From contig CM059438.1 of NCBI GenBank assembly GCA_030390025.1, forward strand, positions 65,784,001 to 65,848,000: a DNA stretch of 64,000 nucleotides, read 5' to 3'. Below the pieces are notes generated by a model. That model was given only the letters and a program-made list of their open reading frames with translations, was not told where the DNA came from and made no database searches. The stretch is from Squalus acanthias. Lineage: Eukaryota. Position 1 is the first letter of the stretch. Each line of letters opens with the position of its first letter. A program made the translations under genes and the position numbers. Shown here piece after piece: positions 26,619 to 35,857 of the stretch.

Positions 26619-29600
26619 CTAGAACCCGCGCAGCCCGTCTACCTGTGTCCGCTTAGCTATGATGCGTGGAAGCGACCTTTGGTGGAGATGGAGGTAGAGA
26701 AACAGAGGGGTAGTTATTTGTTGGACACGGGAGCTTCTTGCACCATAATCCATACAGATAGCCCTTTCGACTCGCCGCTATCCACCAGGGTCCCATTCAC
26801 GTTAGCGGGGTTCACAGGAAAAGAACAGGCTGGCACGTTCTCCCTTCCGCTATCCATTCGTTTAGCAGCACTTCACCTTAAGTGGAAGTGTATACTGATG
26901 GAATGGCAGGAGGGGGGTGGAAGAGGTATTCTCGGGTCTGATCTTCTATCGGGACACGGGATCCTCGTGGACCTCAGAAATCACTGTCTCTGGGGGGCTA
27001 AGGGTGAAAAAGGCGAGGTAATAGTGATTCCGGGGGAGGAAGAAACAGGGGTCCTGTGTACCGTACAGCCATCCGGAGGCTACGACCTCAGGCTTATGGT
27101 CGCAGATGTCCCAACGGACATGCAAACGTACGTGTCAGATAATATGCACGCGTTTGCAACCCACAAGCACGATTGTGGGAGGGTTATCGGGTTTGAGGTC
27201 AGCGTAGATGGGGACCCCATGACCCGACCCCAAAAGCAGTATAACTTCCCCAAAGAAGCAGAACCCGATATGGAGACAGCAATGTCCTCCTTGGTGCAGC
27301 AGGGCGTGTTGAGGCCGATAGCCACACACGTGAACTCCCCATTATGGCCGGTTAGGAAGCCGGATAATTCGTGGAGAGCCACGGTGGACTACAGAGTCCT
27401 TAACAGTAACATTCCCGCCTGCGCTCCCACGGTAGCAGCAGTTGCTGACCTAATAGGGAGCATTCCAGCGTCCGCGACCACGTTCACGGTGCTGGATATC
27501 TCGAACGGTTTTTGGTCCATCCCGCTGAGGCGAGAGGACCAGTACAAGTTTGCCTTTACTTTCAAAGGACAACAGTACACATGGAACTGTCTGCCACAGG
27601 GTTTCCACAATAGCCCCAGTATTTTCCATCAGTGTATGGCAGGAAGTTTAAGGGAGTTTAGTCAGCCCAATCAGATAGTGCAGTATGTGGATGATTTGCT
27701 CCTATTTACGGACTCAAGGGAGGAGCATGGACCACTGCTGGACGAGTTATTGGAGCTGCTAGCGAGAAAGGGTTTTAAAATAAATCCTAAGAAAGCACGT
27801 ATCGGTCAGCGGGAAGTAAAATTCCTGGGACTGACCATACGCGCTGGGGAAAGAGCCATAGACAAAGCAAGGAGGGAGTCGGTGCAAGAATTACCGATTC
27901 TCAACAACGTAAGGGGTGTGAGGTCCTTCTTGGGACTGACCGGTTACTGCAGGGATTTTATCGAAGATTATGCGGCCACAGCAGCGCCGCTCCTCCGACT
28001 CCTCCATAAGGGGGTGGAGTGGTCTTGGGACGAGGGCTGCCAAGCAGCCTTCGAGAAGTTAAAAAGGGATCTGCAGACCGCGCCAGCCTTAGGGGCCATA
28101 GATGGGGGGAAGGAGTTTTTCCTGGAGGTAGCTGCCAGCGGAGACAGCTTGAGCGCTGTGCTGCTCCAAGAGCGTCACGGCAAGCTGAGGCCGGTTGTCT
28201 ATTCATCCAGGGTGTTAACGGATGTGGAGAGAAGTTTCTCCAATTGCGAAAGGCACCTTTTAGCCACGCATTGGGCTGTGAAAAGATCAGCGATCTTCAC
28301 AGGGCTCTCTCCCATCACTCTCCTCACACATCACACACCAACTAAGATGCTTCTGGATGGGAGGATTAAAGATGGGACCGTAAGCAGCGTGCGCATTGCG
28401 CGCTGGACCCTTCTTCTCTCCCAGTTGGATCTTAGAGTAAAAGGTCTTTGCGAGCCCAGGCTTGCGGACAATTTGGTATACCCCGGTACAGCCCACCGGT
28501 GTTCGGTGGAAGGGGTGTGGGACGTCAACATAGGTTTACGGGCCGGGATACATCCCACTGGGCGCGAGATTTATGTTGATGGGTCTAGCACAGTATCTGC
28601 TGGCGAACGACTCACGGGGTGTGGAGTTTATGACCCTGCGGCAAACCTTGCCCTGGCGATCAAGCTCCCCAGCACCATGAGCGCGCAGCAGGCTGAGCTT
28701 TCTGCCGTGGTGTACGTTGTTACCCACCCAGACATTTTCCCAACCCCATACACGATTTGCTCGGACAGTATGTTCACCTGCAATTCGTGTACGGAATACC
28801 TGGCCATTTGGTCCTGCCGTGGATACACCTCCGCGGACGGGCGACCTTTAACGGTGAAGCCCTTGCTGGAAAAGATCCTAGCAGCAGCAGTAGGGGAGGA
28901 AGGGGAGATTTTCATCCATAAGGTGAAAGCTCACTCCTCCACAGAGCCCCGTGGGGAGGGCAACCAGCAGGCGGATGCGCTAGCCAGGGAAGGTGCCCGC
29001 AACGGCATTTTCTGGGACCCCTATGGGACCAGACCCATAGCAGCGATCCGAGGCAGGGACGGGAATCCCGGGAACACCAGGGTAGCATTGCCCCTAGACC
29101 TTAAGACCGTCCAAGCCCAGGATCCCGCCCTAAAAGCAGTCCTAAAAACCATTGCTGAGGGGAGGCAGGTAGAAGGTCCATACAGTACGGCAACCCTCTC
29201 AGTTAAGGAAGGCATGCTGTTCCGCGAGGAGCAGTGGGTTGTGCCGCAGCAGCACAGGAGGGAATTCCTCCAGTTGGCTCACGAGGGACCAGGGGCAGGG
29301 CACCCCGGGCCCGAGGTTACCTGGCAACGGGTAGAGCAAGCGGGATGGTGGCCAGGGCTCAGGGAACAAGTCCGCGAGTTCTGTGCAAACTGTCTTGTGT
29401 GCGCTGCAAACAACCCAGACCCCCAGAAAAGGAAGGTGCCCATGGGACACGTAAGAAGGGTAGAGGGACCATGGCAGTCGATACAGATCGACTATATAGG
29501 ACCCCTGCCCACCACCCAGGGAGGTTATAAATACTGCCTCGTCTTGGTGGATGTGTTTTCCAAGTGGGTGGAAGCCTTCCCCTGTCGAACAGCTACGGCA

Positions 29601-31118
29601 CTGGGTACAGCAAAAATCTTGGTCCGGGAAGTGTTCTCGCGGTGGGGACTTCCCCGTTTTGTGGAGTCAGACCAAGGGAGTCATTTCACCGGCCAGGTGA
29701 TGCAGAACACCCTCATGCTTTTGGGCATTGAAGGGAAGTGGCACGTAGCACACAATCCCCAGTCATCCGGGATTGTTGAACGCATGAACCGGACCCTGAA
29801 GGAGAAATTGAGGAAAGAGACTAGGAACTCGCCCCAAAAATGGGCGGAAGTTCTGCCTTTAGTCCTCATGGGGGTCCGGGCCAGTCAGTCAAAAAGTACG
29901 GGGTACTCCCCGCACGAGGTGATGACTGGGAGGCTCATGCGAACCCCCACCCATGTGTTAGCGCCGGTGCTCACTGAGGGTCAGCTCCAAGAGATAAGCA
30001 GGGACAAGTTCGCCCAGACTCTCTTGGAGCGCCTGAAGCAGGTTTATGAGCAGGCGGCTGGGAACATGGGAAGGCAGCATCAGGGCAATCGCTTGTTGCT
30101 GGAACCCCGCAAAACGCGGGAGTGGGAAGTAGGAGACCAGGTCATGGTCAGAAACTACGCCAGAGTAGGGAGTCTGGAACCACTGTATATGGGACCCTAC
30201 AACATTGTAGACAAGGCGAGTCCCATGGTATACGCCGTAAAAGTACCTCGGCGCACTAAGTGGTTCCACGTAAACCAATGCAAACTGTACAAGCCAGGTG
30301 CGCAAGGGAAAACTACAGGGGTAAATCCCGCCAGTGGGAAAGCACAGCCCCAGGTAGGACCACAAGGCACACAGGCAGGCATAGCAGCTTGCATCAGGGG
30401 AGGGGACATCCTGGAAGATCATGAAGCATTTTTCTGGAGTTGGGAGTTAGATGAGGGAGAATTCAGGGAACTCGAGTCAGATGAGGATAGTGATGAAGAC
30501 GAGTGGTTTTGGAGGAACGGTCCCGTTTTAGATATAGGGAGAATACGGGCTGCAGATAGAGATCCACACAGGGTGGACACACAAGCTGCAGGTCCCGAAG
30601 ACAGGAGGGAGGAGCTAGGGGAGGCGGGGCCAGCCGCTGTGGGAGCACAGAGAGTGACGGTGAGGACCCCAGAGACAGAGCCGCCCGCTTTGAACGTCCC
30701 GTCCTCGGGGGAGGCAGAGATCACGAGTGAAGGGCCGCCTGCTGGGCCGAGCAGAGCGGAGCCACAAACTGCGAGCCCCGAGGTTAGGGAGGCGGAGTCA
30801 GCGGAGGCGGAGCCAGCGACTGTGGTGGAACCCCAGGTCGTCCCGATGGAAGTCTCGGAACCCCCGCCCATGGCAACTCCCCGTAGGTCAAATAGAGAAC
30901 CCCAGCCCAGGAGGATGTGGTCATGTCCCCAGACTGCCCCAAGGCGTAGACTTAAGGTTAAGGCAACCCAGATACAGCCCGGCCCCATCGCAGCAGCAAC
31001 AGGCTGCGGCAGATCAGAGGAAGGGATCAGTGCAGCAACAGGCTGCGGCAGATCAAAGGGAAGGGTCAGTGCCCTCCCACCGTCGGGAAGAGCTCGCAGC
31101 AGCCTTCTCAGAATTTAA
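26619..31118 (+). CDS. pol: Pol (PR-RT-tether-RNase H-IN plus C-terminal extension), in frame with gag after a single TGA
   Basis: PR LLDTGAS/ILGSD; RT NSPLWPV, LDISNGF, LPQGFHNSP, YVDD; degenerate tether; RNase H YVDGS, QQAEL, SDS, GNQQADAL; IN HHCC, IDYIGPLP, SDQG, SSGIVERMN, GPY. Confidence 0.96.
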   Translation, partial: LEPAQPVYLCPLSYDAWKRPLVEMEVEKQRGSYLLDTGASCTIIHTDSPFDSPLSTRVPFTLAGFTGKEQAGTFSLPLSIRLAALHLKWKCILMEWQEGGGRGILGSDLLSGHGILVDLRNHCLWGAKGEKGEVIVIPGEEETGVLCTVQPSGGYDLRLMVADVPTDMQTYVSDNMHAFATHKHDCGRVIGFEVSVDGDPMTRPQKQYNFPKEAEPDMETAMSSLVQQGVLRPIATHVNSPLWPVRKPDNSWRATVDYRVLNSNIPACAPTVAAVADLIGSIPASATTFTVLDISNGFWSIPLRREDQYKFAFTFKGQQYTWNCLPQGFHNSPSIFHQCMAGSLREFSQPNQIVQYVDDLLLFTDSREEHGPLLDELLELLARKGFKINPKKARIGQREVKFLGLTIRAGERAIDKARRESVQELPILNNVRGVRSFLGLTGYCRDFIEDYAATAAPLLRLLHKGVEWSWDEGCQAAFEKLKRDLQTAPALGAIDGGKEFFLEVAASGDSLSAVLLQERHGKLRPVVYSSRVLTDVERSFSNCERHLLATHWAVKRSAIFTGLSPITLLTHHTPTKMLLDGRIKDGTVSSVRIARWTLLLSQLDLRVKGLCEPRLADNLVYPGTAHRCSVEGVWDVNIGLRAGIHPTGREIYVDGSSTVSAGERLTGCGVYDPAANLALAIKLPSTMSAQQAELSAVVYVVTHPDIFPTPYTICSDSMFTCNSCTEYLAIWSCRGYTSADGRPLTVKPLLEKILAAAVGEEGEIFIHKVKAHSSTEPRGEGNQQADALAREGARNGIFWDPYGTRPIAAIRGRDGNPGNTRVALPLDLKTVQAQDPALKAVLKTIAEGRQVEGPYSTATLSVKEGMLFREEQWVVPQQHRREFLQLAHEGPGAGHPGPEVTWQRVEQAGWWPGLREQVREFCANCLVCAANNPDPQKRKVPMGHVRRVEGPWQSIQIDYIGPLPTTQGGYKYCLVLVDVFSKWVEAFPCRTATALGTAKILVREVFSRWGLPRFVESDQGSHFTGQVMQNTLMLLGIEGKWHVAHNPQSSGIVERMNRTLKEKLRKETRNSPQKWAEVLPLVLMGVRASQSKSTGYSPHEVMTGRLMRTPTHVLAPVLTEGQLQEISRDKFAQTLLERLKQVYEQAAGNMGRQHQGNRLLLEPRKTREWEVGDQVMVRNYARVGSLEPLYMGPYNIVDKASPMVYAVKVPRRTKWFHVNQCKLYKPGAQGKTTGVNPASGKAQPQVGPQGTQAGIAACIRGGDILEDHEAFFWSWELDEGEFRELESDEDSDEDEWFWRNGPVLDIGRIRAADRDPHRVDTQAAGPEDRREELGEAGPAAVGAQRVTVRTPETEPPALNVPSSGEAEITSEGPPAGPSRAEPQTASPEVREAESAEAEPATVVEPQVVPMEVSEPPPMATPRRSNREPQPRRMWSCPQTAPRRRLKVKATQIQPGPIAAATGCGRSEEGISAATGCGRSKGRVSALPPSGRARSSLLRI

Positions 31119-31405
31119 AGGGGCCGCCCTGAGAACGGGCGGCACTGTAAAGTTATAAGTTTTAAGTCTTAAGTTCATAGTTCAAGGTTAAGTTTATAGT
31201 TTTTAATAAGGTTAAGATTGTAGTGTTTTTAACAGAAAACGATAAAATGATGGGAGCTTTAAAAATAGGTTTAGTTAAAGTTTATTCAGCGAACGTTGAA
31301 GTTTACGTGAGGCGAGGTCAGGGGACCCGCTCACCCTTCACAAAAGCCAGAGACTCTTGCGAGGCTGGCTACCTCATTCTATCTGATCACAGGAACCAAG
31401 GAAGG

Positions 31406-33757
31406 ATGGAACGAATTCTAGTATTGCTCGCGGCAATCGGATGTGGATTGGCCTATCGAGGCCGCACCAAGGATGTCGTGGTGTTCGGATGTTCCGGGGA
31501 CACGGCCCCCATCGCGGTGGATGGGACCGGAAGACGGGAGGCAGAGGAGACCAGCACCTATTTCCACAAGGGAAGGTGGCCAGGATGGCTGGGAACGAAC
31601 TCAACGGAGTATTCTAGCACATCGGGGTTTGCCTACAAAGAGACTTCTTTAATGTGCCCCAAAGTAAGGATCATCGCACCCAGGATCAGCGTCACCGTCG
31701 GCAAACGGATTTGTTTGACTTGTAGTGGGAATGTCCCATTGAGCCGATGGTGGTGGCTGCGAAAGCTGAGCAAAACTATGAGGAACTCTTCGGTCGAGTG
31801 GGAACGACTGGGTAATAATACCCATCGGACGATTACGGGGACAAACGGACAAGTGAAAGTCTGTTGGGACAAATGGTGGGAACCGGACGAGGGAATTTAT
31901 GTATGTATGTGGGGGTCAAAGTACGTTTGCCCCAAAGGCATCTCCATATTTTTCATTAATCAATGGCAGGATAACGGACAGGGGATGAGGTGGGATGTGA
32001 GCACCAGGGGGTGCGGAGCCCCATTCTCCCCGATCCCAGTAAATGCCACTGAGCTCATTACGCGCCCACGCAAAGCCCCGCCCACGATTCCGGTGGTTCT
32101 AGCTGAGGAAGAAGGGTGCCTTAAAACTAGTAAGGGACCCGGGAATGGTTTGGTACTGGTCCCCACAGACCAGATACTATTTCAGGGGGTACATTACGCG
32201 GTGGCCTCGGTGATTTTAAATCTCACCGAGGTGCGGTTACCAGAGTGGTGCCCCAAAAAGACGGAACAGTTGTATCAGGTCCTATTGACCAAGATGTTCA
32301 GGCAATTTTACGAATTCGATTTCGCGGATATTGATAAAACAAGTTTGTACACCGCACCACAGGAAGTTTTGGATCAAGTAGGGAGGCAAAGAAGGGGTTT
32401 GGTGAACGATGCGTTCACTGCTTTTAACACGGGTACATCTGTGGTCAACGCTCTAGACAGTGTGGAGCTGCAGACCCAGATTAATGGTTTAAAGACACAA
32501 TTAAAAGACATTCTAACAGATGAAAATAAAGTGGTAGGGTCGGGTTTACACGAGGACCAAGCCATGACTCTCCATTTAAAGGAAATTATAGCAGAGTTGG
32601 AGAAACATGCAAAGACGGTAAATGCCCTGATTAGGGAAGATCGGAATGCATCCGATCAAGCTGCGCAGAACGAGGTGTGCGTGCTTTACGGGGCGTGGTT
32701 ACTGGGCGAGGGCCGCAGTAATTTGGAGGATTTAAAACAAGGTTTGGTCCCGTCCTGGATAAGTAACAAACACCTGTGGGCGCTCCACCCTTTTCAGAAC
32801 GCATTAAGTCCGTGCCAGCTCAGGCTAGCTTCAGAAGCATACCCAGTCCCCGTGGACTGCGGACGATCAAACCATACTATTATGGGAATAGTATTACGCA
32901 TGCCGGTTTTGGGCGACACAGCAAAGCCCGCCCCGGTGTATCGGGTAGAGAACATTGGTGTCATTCAGGGGGGAGCCCACATTCGTTATGCAGCGGTTCC
33001 ACCTTACGTCATCCGCTGGGAGCAAACGATGACAGGTACAGATCTCTCTGGTTGTCGTGGCAGGGGAGCACACATAATACTGTGCCCCCAGCACTTGAAT
33101 GCCTTTTTAACACCACAGTGCGGGTTCAGAACGACTGGCGCCAAGTCCATGAATTGCACCATGGAGGCAATGGCACAAGATCATGTGCCTCCGCAGGTAG
33201 CATACATCGGGGGTGGAACATATTGTGTTACCACTGCAGCGCAACACTACCAGCATGGAAACCGTAGCCGGTGTCCGGTGAGTGACAGCAGTTTCTGTTT
33301 TAAACCCAGGGCGGAAGTTCAAGTAGCACAACAGCGAATCATCCCAATCCCTGAACCATCCACTGTTCATCTCACAGTAAAAGAGAATTTCACCGACTTG
33401 CAACGATTCGTCGCGCATTTCGGATACCTCATTCCCCCTCTCCCTAAACACCTCACCAAGCTTCTAAAAGCCGTCGCGGTCTCACAGAAACATTTTTACA
33501 CATTAGAACAGAAAACTGTCGAAATAGGAACAGACATTCTGGATATAGTGATTCCACCGTGGTGGAATCTGTTCACCAATATTGAAGTGCCTTCATGGAT
33601 CAGAATAGCCTCCCACATTTTAGTCGTATGTCAAGTGTTTATTGTAGTGTACCTATTGGTCGTACATTGTAAAAGAGACAAACGCCTCACCAAGCATGAA
33701 AACACGGGAGAGTGGCGAGAACGTTACGTGCGTGTGCACGATGAAAGTACCGTGTAA
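31406..33757 (+). CDS. env: Envelope glycoprotein, 783 aa (signal peptide, Ig-like domain, furin site, long Cys-rich fusion subunit, TM anchor)
   Basis: ATG 14 nt after a candidate acceptor (TGATCACAG, AG at 31391-31392); MERILVLLAAIGCGLA signal; RQRR at 32384-32395; heptad-like segment; TM ILVVCQVFIVVYLLVV; many N-x-S/T sequons. Confidence 0.92.
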   Translation: MERILVLLAAIGCGLAYRGRTKDVVVFGCSGDTAPIAVDGTGRREAEETSTYFHKGRWPGWLGTNSTEYSSTSGFAYKETSLMCPKVRIIAPRISVTVGKRICLTCSGNVPLSRWWWLRKLSKTMRNSSVEWERLGNNTHRTITGTNGQVKVCWDKWWEPDEGIYVCMWGSKYVCPKGISIFFINQWQDNGQGMRWDVSTRGCGAPFSPIPVNATELITRPRKAPPTIPVVLAEEEGCLKTSKGPGNGLVLVPTDQILFQGVHYAVASVILNLTEVRLPEWCPKKTEQLYQVLLTKMFRQFYEFDFADIDKTSLYTAPQEVLDQVGRQRRGLVNDAFTAFNTGTSVVNALDSVELQTQINGLKTQLKDILTDENKVVGSGLHEDQAMTLHLKEIIAELEKHAKTVNALIREDRNASDQAAQNEVCVLYGAWLLGEGRSNLEDLKQGLVPSWISNKHLWALHPFQNALSPCQLRLASEAYPVPVDCGRSNHTIMGIVLRMPVLGDTAKPAPVYRVENIGVIQGGAHIRYAAVPPYVIRWEQTMTGTDLSGCRGRGAHIILCPQHLNAFLTPQCGFRTTGAKSMNCTMEAMAQDHVPPQVAYIGGGTYCVTTAAQHYQHGNRSRCPVSDSSFCFKPRAEVQVAQQRIIPIPEPSTVHLTVKENFTDLQRFVAHFGYLIPPLPKHLTKLLKAVAVSQKHFYTLEQKTVEIGTDILDIVIPPWWNLFTNIEVPSWIRIASHILVVCQVFIVVYLLVVHCKRDKRLTKHENTGEWRERYVRVHDESTV

Positions 33758-34200
33758 TCGGAAAATGGCGTCATTCCCGCTCGCCACGTGCGCCGCGGAA
33801 GTTTGTACTCGATCATGATTTTCAAAGATTGTAAATACGTTTCGGAACTCGACATGTTTTAAGAGTTGGTGTTGATTATTTTGGGTGATGGTGTTACAGT
33901 TAAAAATGATTGTTTGGTTTTGGGTTTTGTTTTTCCTTTCCCTGAATAAAAGATGAATATACAGGTGATACGAGAGGCATCGGCCTGGTTACGCCGGGAA
34001 GGAAAACAAGTGGTGTAAGTTTAAGGGCAAATAATGCCTACGGTGATATAAAATGTAATTTTCTTGGGAAATAAGGACGACACAGAGACCCTAGCTAGGT
34101 TAAAATTATGGGATTAATTTGCTGGATTCGGAGAGAAATCGAGATAATATTGCTCACCACTATGATTTTTGATACGATAAGCGGAGTTATTCGCATCAAC

Positions 34201-34208
34201 AGGAGGGA
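34201..34208 (+). promoter_or_regulatory. Short polypurine tract
   Basis: AGGAGGGA(C) immediately before the 3' LTR TG; the old element has GAGGGGAGAC at the equivalent place. Confidence 0.7.
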
Positions 34209-34209
34209 C

Positions 34210-35857
34210 TGTAGAATTCGCAATATATCGCGATTTTATTAATAAGGAGAAAACACAGAGTTTCGTTCAAACAGCTTTTATTCCAGCAGAATGCTGCCAG
34301 GTTTCTCAAAGTAGACACAAGCAGCCTGTAAAATGGCCGCCGCACCTCGTGACAGAACATTCTAGACTTTTCGACAGGCAGACAAGATGGCGTTCCAATA
34401 AACATTTGTGCAAGATCGATTAAGATTCAGCACAGTGAAGATAATACACGAGACATCATGGGTTTGCAGTATACACATAAATACTGAAATCGGTCTCCCA
34501 GGTACGAATGAAAGCTATTGTACCGAGTAATCAAGGGCCCATCCAAAAGACATTAATATGTAAAATCCCAACGACTCTACGATGAGAGAGCCGTTAGCAG
34601 GTAGTTATACAAAACACTTGGAAGCCCCAAAACCCCTCCAGGGAGAACACCGACCGATTTAACAATGGGAGAAATATTAACAGGTACTCAGACAGTTACG
34701 AGTAGCCCCGAAACCCATTAAGAACGGAGATCACCCATACAAGACATTTGAGCGCCAGACCCAAACAAAAGAAAGGACATTAAGGTTGGGCGGGAAACGG
34801 AAGATTTTGTACTATAATTACAAGATCCAACCGTCCATCTTTCTCTTATTCTCTTATCCGATCGACTCGTAACCTCGTGGCTGCTCCTGTGTTTTGACTC
34901 GTAGTCGGGTTCCTGCTTGCCTGGTGCCTCTTTGAAAAAGACTGTTGAACTTTCTGATCCGTTCGGATCTACCTCGTGTCGCGTAACGAAGACCTATGTT
35001 GGTAACTGGCAGCGGAACCAAAGGCCCGAGATGAGATGAGATGAGATGAGATGAGATGAGAAGAGAGGAAGACCATACTCATCGCCACGGTCAGTAAATC
35101 CCGACCGCGCCTGTAGGTCGAATAGCCAAGTTTTCCTTGCCAGGAAGACTTCTTTGAACTTGCAAGAACGGTTCATCATCGATGATATTGACTGAACTGT
35201 GAACCCTGCTCGGAAAAGTACCTGTTAAACCAACCAACACAGATCTTCATCACAGCAGACGATCCAGCCTGCTAGCCAGAGCCGAAGCAAGTAAACAAGT
35301 GGGACCAGGAGATCTCCTGACCGACACGTGGGTGCTGCGGTGAAAAACATCCGATCAGCTATTCGGAATTTCTCCGAGTTATCACGAGTGGTGAGCATGA
35401 GTCTCGAAATCCTACGAATCTAGTTAGGATAGATATTGATAGGGGAGGGTTTAAGTATTAAGGATACTTGTAATGTGTGCCCCTATTTACGGTGTGTCGT
35501 TCGTTCCTCGTTTCCCTAGGATCAGCTATATAACTGCTTGTAAGATTGTACTGTCATTAATCTGTGCTTATGACATGTATTTCATAATCTTAAATATCAT
35601 GCAATAAAGATTTTCCATTTCGTACCATTCAACCGAGTCTACATGAGTTTCATCTCCATTACTGCTCTCGCATCTAAGTCCAGTGTCTAGAACCGTAAGG
35701 GCGAGTGATTCGAACCACTCACAGGTGTGTCTAGTGCTCCCAGACTGGCTGGAGACCAGAACAGGCAACAAGGCCTAAACCCGCACTGACATACAGGCTG
35801 CACAGAGCCGCGTGAATCTCACAGGCTGCGAGACACGCAGGGTCAGAATCCCTTACA
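34210..35857 (+). repeat. Young ERV 3' LTR (1648 bp)
   Basis: Direct repeat of 23148-24805, followed by TSD TGAC. Confidence 0.97.

Larger units (their letters stand above)
23148..35857 (+). mobile_element. Young, apparently intact endogenous retrovirus (lokiretrovirus-like by inference)
   Basis: LTR-PBS-gag-pol-env-PPT-LTR; TSD TGAC (23144-23147, 35858-35861); three uninterrupted ORFs. Confidence 0.97.

Noticed and set aside
26679..26681. Independent pol start at TTG
   Set aside because: It is a non-ATG codon inside the protease N-terminus; the frame is open back to the gag TGA.
31223..31405. 844-aa env starting at GTG 31223
   Set aside because: The signal peptide and a candidate splice acceptor point to ATG 31406. 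A foamy-like long leader peptide from ATG 31247/31250 is not fully excluded.
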